From the NCBI GenBank assembly GCA_965277875.1, contig CBDIDV010000002.1, positions 4,578,997 to 4,642,996 on the forward strand: DNA of 64,000 nt. Reading direction: 5' to 3'. Origin of the DNA: Chthonomonadaceae bacterium (GTDB lineage Bacteria; Armatimonadota; Chthonomonadetes; Chthonomonadales; Chthonomonadaceae). This document shows positions 41,039 to 50,514 of the stretch, one piece after another. Within the stretch, counting starts at the first letter, position 1. Every line of letters starts with the position of its first letter. The position numbers and the translations under genes are program-made. The notes beneath the pieces were generated by a model. It was given only the letters and a program-made list of their open reading frames with translations. It did not search any database and was not told the DNA's origin.

Positions 41039-41867
41039 TGTACTGCGGCAGCGCGTCGAAGCCCGTCATCCGCAGATCAGCATCGCGCGCCAATGTGAAC
41101 TGTTAGGTTTGTCTCGCTCCGGCTACTACTACCAACCGCGTGGCGAGAGCGAACTCAACCTACGCCTGATGCGCCTGATAGATGAAGAGTACACCGCGCA
41201 CCCGTTCTTCGGCTACCGCAAGGTCACGCGTATGCTGCGCCAGGGTGGATACGAGGTCAACAAGAAGCGGATTGCCCGCTTGATGCAGGTCATGGGCTTG
41301 CAGGCAATGGTTCCCGGCCCGAATACAAGCCGCCCGTCGCCTGAGAACCCGACCTATCCTTACCTGCTGCGCGGCGTCAAGATCGACCACGTCAATCAGG
41401 TGTGGAGCGGCGACATCACGTATATTCCCATGCCGAAGGGATTTGTGTACCTGTTTGCTGTGATCGATTGGTACAGCCGCTTCGTCCTGGCCTGGCAGCT
41501 TTCCAACACAATGGACACCGCCTTCTGTATAGAAGGGCTGGAACAGGCACTGACAAGCGGCAAGCCGCATATCTTTAACAGCGATCAGGGCGTTCAGTTC
41601 ACGAGCAGGGAGTTTACCGGTCGCCTGCTGGCGGAAGACATTGCAATCAGCATGGATGGGCGAGGCCGCGCCTTAGACAACATCTTTGTAGAACGCTTGT
41701 GGCGAACCGTCAAATACGAAGACGTATATCTGAAAGGATATGAAACGCCTAACGAAGTGCAAAGCGGACTGTGCGCCTACTTCCACTTCTATAATGAAGC
41801 GCGTCCGCACCAGGCGCTGGGCTACCAGACACCGGCAGCCGTGTACCGTCAATCGCTCGGCTGCTAG
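41038..41867 (+). CDS. IS3-family transposase OrfB (DDE integrase core); the frame opens at 40914 and joins OrfA near the A9 run
   Basis: DDE integrase catalytic core. OrfB lies in the +1 frame relative to OrfA. Confidence 0.8.
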
Positions 41868-41933
41868 GCCGACAAAGATCGGCACACCGACCACCTTAAA
41901 CAGGACGAAAATTTGTCTTGACAAATGGGGTCA

Positions 41934-42471
41934 CTATATACGCCACTTCAACGTGGTCACCCGTTACTTCCTGCACTTTTCGGAGTAGTGCGCCTACTTG
42001 GGCGCGTTCCTGCTCGTTGGCAGGCGTTACCAGACAGGCGAGCAACTGACCGAGTGTGTCCACAGCGATATGCGTTTTGCTGCCGCGCGTCTTCTTGTGA
42101 CCGTCGAAGCCACCACGACTGCCGCTCTCAATGGTGCTTCGCAGGGTGCGTCCGTCCAGCACCACCGCCGTAGGCTCTTGGTCACGCCCCAACGCCTTGC
42201 GGAGCAGGTGGCGCAGGTCATGCACGATGTTCTCGAAGCACTTGGCGGCAATCCAGCGTTGCGTTTGCTCGTAGACGGTGTGCCACGGCGGTAGATCATG
42301 CGGCAGCAGACGCCACGCCGCCCCGGCTCGTACCAGCCAGCGCAGAGCATTGAAGAGTTCACGCAGCGGGTACTGCCGTTGCGGAGCGTCTTGGGTCATT
42401 AGGGTCAGGTAGGGCGCGACGAACGCCCATTCCTCGTCAGAAACGTCACTGGAATATGGCTTGCGAGTAGA
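41934..42471 (-). CDS. IS5-family transposase, N-terminal fragment
   Basis: MSTRKPYSSDVSDEEWAFVAPYLTLMTQDAPQRQYPLRELFNALRWLVRAGAAWRLLPHDLPPWHTVYEQ is the IS5-family N-terminal domain. Split from its C-terminal part by the IS3 insertion. Confidence 0.7.
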
Positions 42472-42523
42472 CATACCTGCTACTACGACTTGCCTGCTCG
42501 CCAAAGTGCCTAACACTCTCTAG

Positions 42524-42737
42524 TGATGGGGATGACGCCGTCGCAGGCGAACGTTACCACGCCACCGCCCTGCATTGCGGCGTTCAGAGCCGCTTCGGTT
42601 GGCTGCTTCACTACTCCGGCGGCAGACGCGCCCGGACAGGCGGCGCTCGTGAGGGCGCTCCACAGCAGGCAGGCCAGAAGGGAGAGTAGGGCGGGGCGGG
42701 CGCAATAGGCGCGCTGAACGAAAGGACAAGGCAGCAT
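42524..42737 (-). pseudogene. N-terminal (signal peptide) portion of the beta-helix/beta-propeller protein gene
   Basis: AAGGAG ribosome-binding site. MLPCPFVQRAYCARPALLSLLACLLWSALTSAACPGASAAG...VVTFACDGVIPIT then runs into the IS inverted repeat. Joining ...atcact | aaaagggtagg... restores one frame: IPIT-KRVGLGARGDGTTNLTLDATGHNIILDGGG. Confidence 0.7.
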
Positions 42738-42870
42738 GAGAAACTCCTTTCAAAACGAAGTGCAGCAGGCGGGCAATCGGTGGTTCAGAACAAAGATGGC
42801 AGGAAATCGCGCTGGTACAGAACTGGCGACGGCAAAAACCTTTGCGCTAAGAGCCTATTCAGGATAGGCC

Positions 42871-42930
42871 GGGTACACAAAACGCACCCGTCTCGGAGGC
42901 TTCGCCAAGCGTCCTCGCGGACGCGGATGC
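42871..42930. repeat. REP-like element (family R5)
   Basis: gggtacacaaaacgcacccgtctcggaggcttcgccaagcgtcctcgcggacgcggatgc. Confidence 0.55.
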
Positions 42931-43363
42931 AGATGCCTGTCAGAATAGGCTCCGAGGCAACTGCCCGAATTTTGAGGTGATTTCGTTCCGGCGCGTATTA
43001 GATTTTGCAATGTGCTAATACAGCATACCCTAAGCAGCACGAATTTATGATGCGAAAGGACAGAAGATTATGTAGGCCACAATATTTGGTACTGAACAGC
43101 ACAACAAGTTCACGAGCGTGGGAGGCGGCGCAAACATATAAACTTGGGAAAGCCTGATGGAAGTATGGGGCGGGCATTCGCCATAATCGAAACACGGCAG
43201 GGTATTGATGCAGGCAGCGATTCGTCGGGTATACTTTGCCGCAGGCTTTTTGTTTGAGCGTCTCGTTCGGGCGTACTGGTTGAGGCGTAAAGTCTGTTTG
43301 GAATGATTATCTGGAATGAATGCTCGGTAGGTATTTGGCAAGACTGTTTGGAAGGCGTGTATT

Positions 43364-44548
43364 TTGACATCTGATGCCGGTGTTTCCGGGCTGTGGGCGC
43401 GGCGGGTTCTGGCGTTCTCGTGCTGTTTCGCCATGTTCGCGTTCGCCGTGTACCTGGGCGCGATTGGCGTACTGCTGCCCGCCGTGGGGCGCGCGTTCGG
43501 CCTGGGGGCGGCGGCGCAGGCAAGGCTTTTTCCGGCGAACTTTGCCGGGTTTACGCTCGTCGTACTGGTCGCGGGGTGGGCCTCGGATCGCCTAGCTCGC
43601 AAGACCGTGCTGATGGCGGGAACGGCCCTGTTCGCGCTGGGCTTGATTGTGTTTGCGCGGGCTGCCACGTTCGATGTGGCCCTGGCCGCGTCGCTGCTCA
43701 TCGGCGGCGGCAGCGGCGCGATGGGCGTGACATCGAGCGCGCTGGCCGTAGACCTGTACCCGCACCGCCGCGCGCATCTGTTGGCGGCGATACAGGTGGC
43801 GTTCGGATTAGGCGCGGCACTGGGGCCGGGGATCGCGGCTCTGATGCTCGGTCAGGGCGTGTCGTGGCGCGTCCTGTACGGCGCGCTGGCGTTTGTCGTT
43901 GTGCTGCTGTTGTTCGCGCTGCAAAGTCAGCCCGCGCCTGTTCGTGTGCAGCGTTTCGATGCGCCGCCCACGCCTTCCCTGCCGCAACTGCTGGCGCGAA
44001 GGCCCGTGCAGATCTTGTGTCTGTTTCAGATTTTGTACGGCGGGGCCGAAGTCGGCTACTATTCGTGGATGCCCACGTATTTCGAGAAACGTCTGCCCCA
44101 GGGCGTGATGCTGGCCGGGATTACGGTGACGGTCTTCTGGACGGCCATGACAATCGGGCGCAGCCTGACGGGGCGGTTCATGGGTCGAATACCGTTTATG
44201 CGCCTGAGCGCCCTGCTGGCAATAGCGGGAGCGGCGAGCGCGGGCCTTACCCTGCTCTGGAGCAGTCCGTACATCGTGCTGGTGTTCGTGGCGTTGACGG
44301 GCCTGTGTTTCGCGGGCATTTATATTCTGCTGACAGCCGAAGCGAGCGAACGCTACCCGCATGAGATCGGCGGCGTGTTCGGCTGCATGAACGCCATCGG
44401 CGCATTGGGCAGCGCGCTTGTGCCGTGGGCCGTCGGCAGTCTGGCCGCGACGCGGGCGGGATGGACGGGCGCATTGTGCCTGATCCCCTGCGCCGCTGTG
44501 GGCGTGGCCGTTTGTTCTGTATTGCTGCAAAGAAAAGGGTTGTCTTGA
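43364..44548 (+). CDS. MFS transporter (12 TM), TTG start
   Basis: Twelve hydrophobic helices. MFS motif A-like GRFMGR / DRLARK between TM2 and TM3. The stop TGA lies within the left arm of the R3 repeat. Confidence 0.75.
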   Translation: MTSDAGVSGLWARRVLAFSCCFAMFAFAVYLGAIGVLLPAVGRAFGLGAAAQARLFPANFAGFTLVVLVAGWASDRLARKTVLMAGTALFALGLIVFARAATFDVALAASLLIGGGSGAMGVTSSALAVDLYPHRRAHLLAAIQVAFGLGAALGPGIAALMLGQGVSWRVLYGALAFVVVLLLFALQSQPAPVRVQRFDAPPTPSLPQLLARRPVQILCLFQILYGGAEVGYYSWMPTYFEKRLPQGVMLAGITVTVFWTAMTIGRSLTGRFMGRIPFMRLSALLAIAGAASAGLTLLWSSPYIVLVFVALTGLCFAGIYILLTAEASERYPHEIGGVFGCMNAIGALGSALVPWAVGSLAATRAGWTGALCLIPCAAVGVAVCSVLLQRKGLS

Positions 44549-44642
44549 ACTCGGATTACACGGATTAGCAGGATAGACAGGATTAGGTGGGCGCGTCATC
44601 CTGTTCATCTCATTAATCCGCGTAATCCGAGTTCAAGACAAC
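44542..44642. repeat. palindromic element (family R3) with 27-bp terminal inverted repeats
   Basis: gtcttgaactcggattacacggatt ... aatccgcgtaatccgagttcaagacaac. The interior has a second inverted-repeat pair (ttagcaggatagacaggattagg). Confidence 0.65.
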
Positions 44643-44660
44643 GAAGGCGAAGTAATATCT

Positions 44661-45230
44661 ATGGGCAAGATCATGGCGCTGGATGTAGGTTCCAAGACCA
44701 TCGGCGTGGCGTTTTGCGAGGAGGGGACGCGGCTGGCGTTTCCCGGCAAAACCATTCTGCGGCACGAGGGCAAACGCCGGGACATGGCCGCGCTGCGCGA
44801 ACTGATCGCCCTCAATGATGTGCGGCGCATCGTGGTCGGGATGCCCCTGTTCCTTGACGGCACACGCGGCATACAGGCCGAGAAAGTGGACGCCTTCATC
44901 GCCACCCTGCGAAACAACGTCCGTATACCGATAATCACGCAGGATGAAGGCTTGTCTACAAGCGAGTCCGCCGATTTGCTGCTGGCTGCCGGCAAGCGCC
45001 CTGCGATACACAAGCGGACGATTGACAGCGTGGCGGCGGCGTTGATTTTGGAGTGGTATCTGGAAGAACAGGAACAAGGAACAAGGAAAATGGAGAAAGG
45101 GCAGGACATGGCGACGGAAACATCTGCGTTTGCGCCTGTTGCCGCCATACCTTCTCCTGAACCTTTCGTTGCCGACAAGAACCTGACGACTGAAAATTCA
45201 AAGGCAGAAAACCCGGTGGCGAATGGCTGA
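44661..45230 (+). CDS. ruvX: Holliday-junction resolvase-like pre-16S rRNA nuclease RuvX/YqgF with ~50-aa C-terminal extension
   Basis: MALDVGSKTIGVAF ... IVVGMP ... DEGLSTSESADLL match RuvX motifs. The extension is encoded by a polypurine tract (EEQEQGTRKMEKGQD). Confidence 0.8.
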   Translation: MGKIMALDVGSKTIGVAFCEEGTRLAFPGKTILRHEGKRRDMAALRELIALNDVRRIVVGMPLFLDGTRGIQAEKVDAFIATLRNNVRIPIITQDEGLSTSESADLLLAAGKRPAIHKRTIDSVAAALILEWYLEEQEQGTRKMEKGQDMATETSAFAPVAAIPSPEPFVADKNLTTENSKAENPVANG

Positions 45231-46341
45231 ACCGGAGGGCAGGGCGCAGAATACGCTCAGGGCGCAGGCGCGGCGGCAGCAGGCGCGAATGCGACGTGTG
45301 CGCGGCGTTGGAATCGCGCTGCTTGTCGCGGCGCTTGCTTTTGCGGGCGTGTGGCAGTGGGCCACGAGTGCGCCCTCCGGGGCGCATGTGCGCCTGCCCG
45401 TCGTGGTTCCGCGCGGCCTGAACAGCCTGGAGATTGGGCGACTGCTGACCCGGCAGGGCGTGGTTCGCAGCGCGTATGCGTTTCTGCTGCAAACGCGCCT
45501 GACGGGCGCAAACCGCGAGTTACAGGCGGGGCGGCACGAGTTTTACAGCGATATGCCGCTGGAACAGGTCGTGGAAACGCTCAGGCAAAAAGCGGGGGGG
45601 GACGAGGACGGTCTGCGCGTTACCCTGCCCGAAGGCTATACCCTGCGCCAGATCGCGGACGCGCTGAACGCAAAGCATGTGTGCGACGGCAATGAGCTGT
45701 ACCGCCTTGCTACGGATGCCGCATTTATCCGTACCGTGCCGAGCGACTTTGCGCTGCCCACCGATACGCTGGAAGGCTATCTGTTTCCCGACACGTACAC
45801 GTTTAAGACCGGCACGACGCCCGCCCTAGCCCTCCAAACCATGCTGACGAACTTTGGCGCGCACTTCGCCCGTCCCTATCAGCAGGAAATCGGAGCAGGC
45901 GGGCGCAGTCTGCATGACGTGGTGACAATCGCCTCCTTGATAGAGCGCGAGGCCCGCGTGGATGCTGACCGCGCCCGCATTGCCGGGGTCATTGACAACC
46001 GTTTGAAACGCAATATGCGCCTGGAAATAGACGCCACCGTATTATATGCGCTCGGACACCATAAATCGCGTGTCACGTACAAGGATTTACGGGTAGACTC
46101 GCCGTATAATACATACCGTCACGCGGGCCTGCCGCCCGGCCCCATCGCAAACCCCGGTTTGCCGTGCCTGCTGGCCGCGCTGCACCCCGAAACCAACGCG
46201 TTTGTGTACTATGTGGCCCGGCCCAATGGCGCGCACATCTTTACGCGCACAGCTATCGAGCATCAGGCCGCGATACGACAGGCGCAGCGCGAGCGCCGAC
46301 AGCAGGCGACCATCGAGCCGGACGATGGCGGCAAAAACTAA
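45223..46341 (+). CDS. mltG: endolytic murein transglycosylase MltG (YceG family)
   Basis: N-terminal TM segment. ...LEGYLFPDTYTF... matches YceG signature residues. The start overlaps the ruvX stop by 8 nt. Confidence 0.8.
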   Translation: MAEPEGRAQNTLRAQARRQQARMRRVRGVGIALLVAALAFAGVWQWATSAPSGAHVRLPVVVPRGLNSLEIGRLLTRQGVVRSAYAFLLQTRLTGANRELQAGRHEFYSDMPLEQVVETLRQKAGGDEDGLRVTLPEGYTLRQIADALNAKHVCDGNELYRLATDAAFIRTVPSDFALPTDTLEGYLFPDTYTFKTGTTPALALQTMLTNFGAHFARPYQQEIGAGGRSLHDVVTIASLIEREARVDADRARIAGVIDNRLKRNMRLEIDATVLYALGHHKSRVTYKDLRVDSPYNTYRHAGLPPGPIANPGLPCLLAALHPETNAFVYYVARPNGAHIFTRTAIEHQAAIRQAQRERRQQATIEPDDGGKN

Positions 46342-46422
46342 GCGGCAGATGTATCGCAGGTATATCTCAAGAAGCGCGGCAGCCCAAATCTTTGATCCCG
46401 ACAGGCCGGAGGAAACGCGCCC

Positions 46423-47187
46423 ATGACGGCCCCCGACAAACCCGAACCCGACCCGAACCTTCGTCCGAGCAGCGGCAGTACGACAGGCCAACAGGTACAG
46501 GATACGCCTGCGGCAAGCGCGGCACAAACGCCCGTCCCGCCCGCGTCCCTGCCCAACCTGCTGGAAAGCAAAATCATTCAGGCTATGGATGCTCAGGTAA
46601 CGCAAACCGATGCGCCCGTCACCCCGACCGGAGCGGTCTCGCCCCAGGCGGTCAGAAACGGCCATCCGCCGCGACACGGCCTGCTGATCTTTTGCCCGCA
46701 CCGCCTTGTCGAGACCGTATGGCAGATTTCCCCGGACGAGTTCCGGCAGTTGGGCATACAGGGCATCATTCTGGATCTGGACAACACCCTTGTGCGCTGG
46801 CAGCAGGACGAAATGGCTGTGGAGGTCACGACCTGGCTTCAAGCCTTGCTCGCTGCCAATATCAAACTGTGCATCCTGTCCAACAGCATGATGGGCAAGC
46901 GTTCGCAGCGCATTGCCGAGGGCCTCAAAAGCGCGTATGTGTTGCAGGCCCGCAAGCCGGCCAAGCAGGGGTTTGAAAAGGCGATGCAGGCGATGGGAAC
47001 GGTTCCCGCAACCACGGCGATTGTGGGTGATCAGATGTTTACCGACATTTGGGGCGGCAACCGCACCGGCATCTACACCATCATGGTAAAGCCCATTCAT
47101 CCGCACGAGTTTCCGTACACGCGCTTTGTCAGCCGCCCGCCCGAAAAATTGCTCTTGAAATACTTTAAGCGCAGCGGTAAGATTTAG
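46423..47187 (+). CDS. HAD-IIIA family phosphatase (YqeG-like) with disordered N-terminal extension
   Basis: GIILDLDNTLV (DxD motif I), SNS, and VGDQMFTDIWGGNRTG motifs. GGAGGA ribosome-binding site. Confidence 0.7.
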   Translation: MTAPDKPEPDPNLRPSSGSTTGQQVQDTPAASAAQTPVPPASLPNLLESKIIQAMDAQVTQTDAPVTPTGAVSPQAVRNGHPPRHGLLIFCPHRLVETVWQISPDEFRQLGIQGIILDLDNTLVRWQQDEMAVEVTTWLQALLAANIKLCILSNSMMGKRSQRIAEGLKSAYVLQARKPAKQGFEKAMQAMGTVPATTAIVGDQMFTDIWGGNRTGIYTIMVKPIHPHEFPYTRFVSRPPEKLLLKYFKRSGKI

Positions 47188-47356
47188 CAGGAAGTTGGCG
47201 GGGGTGACGGGTACGTTCCCCTTGCCCGTCATCTCCTGCACCCTGTCGCTAACGGACTTGCGTGTAGATGCGTATCGTCTACTTACGGATGCTCTATTGA
47301 TACTCGGTTGAAGGGCAAAACAGCAGCACAGCGCAAGTCGGGAACAGAATACAGTA

Positions 47357-48439
47357 ATGGCGGCGTCAAACGAAATCAGCGTTTCTCCTACTGTTGCTTC
47401 TATGCCTGTCGTTCCTGTGTCGGCGTTGCAGGATATAAGCGGCAGTACGCGGGTCGTGGGCGTGTTTGGGCATCCGGTCACGCACAGTTTGTCGCCCGCG
47501 ATGCACAATGCGGCGTTCAAAGCATTAGAGTTGCCTTATGTTTATGTGCCGTTTGCCGTGGCCCCGGACGCGATTGGTTCGGCTCTGCGCGGCCTGCCTG
47601 CATTGGGCATTGTGGGCGTCAACCTGACCATCCCGCACAAAGAGAGCGCACTGCCCTTTCTGGATGAGATCACGGACGAAGCGCGGATTGTGGGCGCGGT
47701 CAACACCGTGCATTGCCTGAACGGACTGCTGATCGGCGACAACACGGACGGACGCGGGTTTTATCAGCCGCTTGTCGAGGCGGGCGTCACAGTGCGCGGG
47801 CAGACGGTCGTGGTGTTGGGCGCGGGCGGCGCGGCGCGGGCCGTGGTGTACCGACTGGTACGCGAGGGCGCGAACGTGATTCTGGCAAACCGAACACGCG
47901 AACGCGCCGAGCGGCTGGCACACGACATCGCGCAAACCTGTGCATCCGATTTTACTTCCGACCGCTCCGGAAAAACTGATTTTCAGGCAAACGCGTCACG
48001 GCTAACTATTGCTTCGGCCAGCGTCTCCCCTGAGATATATGCTTCTGTAACCTCTTCTCACGAGAGAAACCTCGGCAAAGACGCCGTGCAGGTGGTGACA
48101 TGGGACGACAGCAGCACGTCCCAAAACGCGCTGAGGGACGCGCTGGCCCAGGCGCGCGTTCTGGTCAACACCACGCGTGTCGGCATGGTTCCTAACGCGG
48201 ATGCTATGCCCGATGTTCCTTTGAACGCCCTGCCCCCGACAGCACTGGTGTATGATCTGGTATATAATCCTATCGAAACACGGCTGCTCCACGCCTCACG
48301 CCGGCGCGGACTCAGCACATTGACAGGCGTAAAGATGCTGGTCTATCAGGGCGCAGCATCGTTTGAACGCTGGACAGGCGTATGGCCGCCGACCGAAGTT
48401 ATGGAACAGGCCGTCATTGAGGGACTCAGCCGAAAGTAG
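47357..48439 (+). CDS. aroE: shikimate dehydrogenase with a ~60-aa low-GC insertion
   Basis: SLSPAMHNAAF, NLTIPHK and GAGGAARAV (NADP Rossmann) motifs. The inserted segment CASDFTSDRSGKTDFQANASRLTIASASVSPEIYASVTSSHERNLGKDAVQVVTWDDSSTSQ lies between the Rossmann core and the C-terminal helix. Confidence 0.8.
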   Translation: MAASNEISVSPTVASMPVVPVSALQDISGSTRVVGVFGHPVTHSLSPAMHNAAFKALELPYVYVPFAVAPDAIGSALRGLPALGIVGVNLTIPHKESALPFLDEITDEARIVGAVNTVHCLNGLLIGDNTDGRGFYQPLVEAGVTVRGQTVVVLGAGGAARAVVYRLVREGANVILANRTRERAERLAHDIAQTCASDFTSDRSGKTDFQANASRLTIASASVSPEIYASVTSSHERNLGKDAVQVVTWDDSSTSQNALRDALAQARVLVNTTRVGMVPNADAMPDVPLNALPPTALVYDLVYNPIETRLLHASRRRGLSTLTGVKMLVYQGAASFERWTGVWPPTEVMEQAVIEGLSRK

Positions 48440-48442
48440 GTT

Positions 48443-48509
48443 AGGAGAAAGTAAAAAGTAAAAAGGAAAAAGTGACAGATGCGTTACTTTCTCCTTTCTC
48501 CTTTTTCCT
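48443..48509. repeat. family R1 repeat (polypurine tract followed by its polypyrimidine complement; hairpin-capable)
   Basis: aggagaaagtaaaaagtaaaaaggaaaaagtgac...gttactttctcctttctcctttttcct. Same CTTTCTCCTTTCTCCTTTTTCC unit as the valS inserts. Confidence 0.55.
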
Positions 48510-48614
48510 CGCCTGGTGACTTGCACTGAGCGCATGAGTATGTTATAATCGGGCGCACAACCCGCACTTCCCGCCGGGACTTGAACCGGAAGACGATAAG
48601 GTGGAGACACTCGC

Positions 48615-50438
48615 ATGGCAATGGCACGCAAAAGTCTTGGCGATTATATGCTCGAAAAGCAGTATCTCACCCAGACGCAGTTGGACGAGGCGCGCAAAGC
48701 GCAGCAAAGCACGCGCGGCGATCTGGCTAAAATCCTTGTGGAGATGGGCATTGACGGGCGCAAGGTGTACGAGGCCAAGGCGCAGGAGATGGGCGTACAG
48801 TACGCCAACCTTGCCATCTTCAAGCCCGAACCCTCCGCCATCAACGTCGTGCCGGAACACGTCGCCAAGCGGCACAACGTCATGCCGCTGAAAAAGCAGG
48901 ACAACATTTTGTTCGTCGCGATGGCCGATCCCGGCAATTTACAGGCGTCCGACGATCTGCGCCTGGTTTCGCGCTGTACCATCCGCCCTGTCATGGCCCC
49001 GCCCGCCGACATCGAGGAGACTATTGGCCGCAGCTACGGCAGCGCCCTCACTCCCCTGGACAACGCCACGGTCGCTGCGGCGACTACGACCGGCTCGTCT
49101 GCCAAACTTATGCCCGGCATGAACCCCAACAAGGGCGGTGGCGGCACGGAAGTGATGGACGTAGATACCAAGTCGGCCTTGGCCGAAGTCATAGCCTTGC
49201 AAGGGGCCGGCAAAGCCGCGATGGACGGCGAAAAAGAGGATGAAGCCGCTGCGGCGATGGTCGAGGAAGCGCCTATTGTGCGCCTCGCCAACACGATTTT
49301 GCAGTCGGCCATCAAAGAAAAGGCGTCGGATATTCACATCGAGCCGGATCGCCGCTACATCCGTGTCCGCTTCCGCATTGACGGCGTACTTCACGAAGTG
49401 ATGCAGATGCCCGCGTACATCAAGCAGCCCTTGATCGCCCGCTACAAAATCCTGTCGGAAATGAACATCGCCGAGCGGCGCGTTCCCCAGGACGGACGTA
49501 TCGGAACGCGCTACGACGGCAAAGAGTACGACCTGCGCGTATCGTGCCTGCCCAGCCTGCACGGCGAAAAGATCGTCATGCGTATCCTGGACAAGGGCAG
49601 CGTCATGCTCGGCATGAACAAACTCGGCTTTACGCCCGAAATGCAGGCGCAGATCGAGGAGCTGGCCTCGCAGCCCAACGGTATGCTGCTGTCTACCGGC
49701 CCCACGGGATCGGGCAAAACGACAACGCAGTATAGCCTGCTGAACAAACTCAACACGATTGAGAAGAACATTCTCACCGTGGAAGACCCCTGCGAATACC
49801 AGCTAAGCGGCATCACGCAGGTGCAGGTGAACAAGAAGGCCGGTCTGACGTTCTCGTCCGCCCTGCGCTCGTTCTTGCGGCAGGACCCGGACATCATCAT
49901 GGTCGGGGAAATGCGCGACCTGGAAACCGCTGAAATCGCCATTGAATCGGCGCTTACGGGCCACCTTGTGCTGAGTACGCTGCACACCAACGACGCGCCC
50001 TCGGCAACCATCCGCTTGATTGACATGGGCATCGAGCCATTCCTTATCTCGGCCACGATCATCGGCGTCATGGCGCAGCGGCTTGGACGCCGTATCTGCA
50101 CAAACTGCAAAGAGTATTATGAGGTTCCGGCCCCCGACCTGCGCCGTTTCGGCTACAAGGTGACAGACCCGGCTGAGATGGTACAGCTTGCGCGGGGCAA
50201 GGGCTGCGAGATGTGCCGCAACACGGGCTACAAAGGCCGCGTCGGCTTCTACGAGCTGATGACGATGAACGCGGAAATGGCCGAAATGATTGTGCGCCGC
50301 GCCCCGCTCACCGACCTGAAAGAAGCCGCCAAAGCCAACGGCATGAAGGAACTGCGCGAAGACGGACTTATCAAAGTCCTCCAGGGCCAGACCACTCCCG
50401 AAGAGGTCATGCGCGTAGTCTTCACCGCAGGCTTCTAA
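48615..50438 (+). CDS. pilB: type IV pilus assembly ATPase PilB (GspE family), full length
   Basis: N-terminal T2SSE_N-like domain. GPTGSGKTT Walker A, TVEDPCEY Asp box, IIMVGEMRD Walker B, GHLVLSTLHTN His box and a CxxC...CxxC tetracysteine. Confidence 0.9.
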   Translation: MAMARKSLGDYMLEKQYLTQTQLDEARKAQQSTRGDLAKILVEMGIDGRKVYEAKAQEMGVQYANLAIFKPEPSAINVVPEHVAKRHNVMPLKKQDNILFVAMADPGNLQASDDLRLVSRCTIRPVMAPPADIEETIGRSYGSALTPLDNATVAAATTTGSSAKLMPGMNPNKGGGGTEVMDVDTKSALAEVIALQGAGKAAMDGEKEDEAAAAMVEEAPIVRLANTILQSAIKEKASDIHIEPDRRYIRVRFRIDGVLHEVMQMPAYIKQPLIARYKILSEMNIAERRVPQDGRIGTRYDGKEYDLRVSCLPSLHGEKIVMRILDKGSVMLGMNKLGFTPEMQAQIEELASQPNGMLLSTGPTGSGKTTTQYSLLNKLNTIEKNILTVEDPCEYQLSGITQVQVNKKAGLTFSSALRSFLRQDPDIIMVGEMRDLETAEIAIESALTGHLVLSTLHTNDAPSATIRLIDMGIEPFLISATIIGVMAQRLGRRICTNCKEYYEVPAPDLRRFGYKVTDPAEMVQLARGKGCEMCRNTGYKGRVGFYELMTMNAEMAEMIVRRAPLTDLKEAAKANGMKELREDGLIKVLQGQTTPEEVMRVVFTAGF

Positions 50439-50458
50439 ACCTCCGACGATTGACGCTT

Positions 50459-50488
50459 GGGTTCCGGGCGCAAAAATGCCCGGAACCC
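50459..50488 (+). terminator. stem-loop between pilB and its paralog (attenuator/terminator-like)
   Basis: gggttccgggc-gcaaaaat-gcccggaaccc is a perfect 11-bp stem, followed by a U-poor tail. Confidence 0.45.
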
Positions 50489-50514
50489 GTTGTGGTTAGT
50501 AAGATGGTGTCCTT

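Larger units (their letters stand above)
40679..41933 (+). mobile_element. IS3-family insertion sequence (1255 bp) nested inside the IS5-family element
   Basis: Imperfect terminal inverted repeats tgaccccaagaaactggacaatggtttaaggtggtggctgtgtc / ggcacaccgaccaccttaaacaggacgaaaatttgtcttgacaaatggggtca (TG...CA ends). orfA and orfB with an A9 slippery run. Confidence 0.8.
40390..42523 (-). mobile_element. IS5-family insertion sequence (IS427/IS1031-like), itself interrupted by a nested IS3-family element
   Basis: 20-bp terminal inverted repeats ctagagagtgttaggcactt (40390-40409) / aagtgcctaacactctctag (42504-42523). Transposase fragments sit on either side of the nested element. Confidence 0.75.

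Noticed and set aside
43045-43701. ORFs on the minus strand over the MFS transporter region and the 42.7-43.4 kb intergenic region
   Set aside because: Pro/Arg/Ala-rich translations typical of wrong-frame GC-rich DNA. They overlap the transporter gene and have no ribosome-binding sites.
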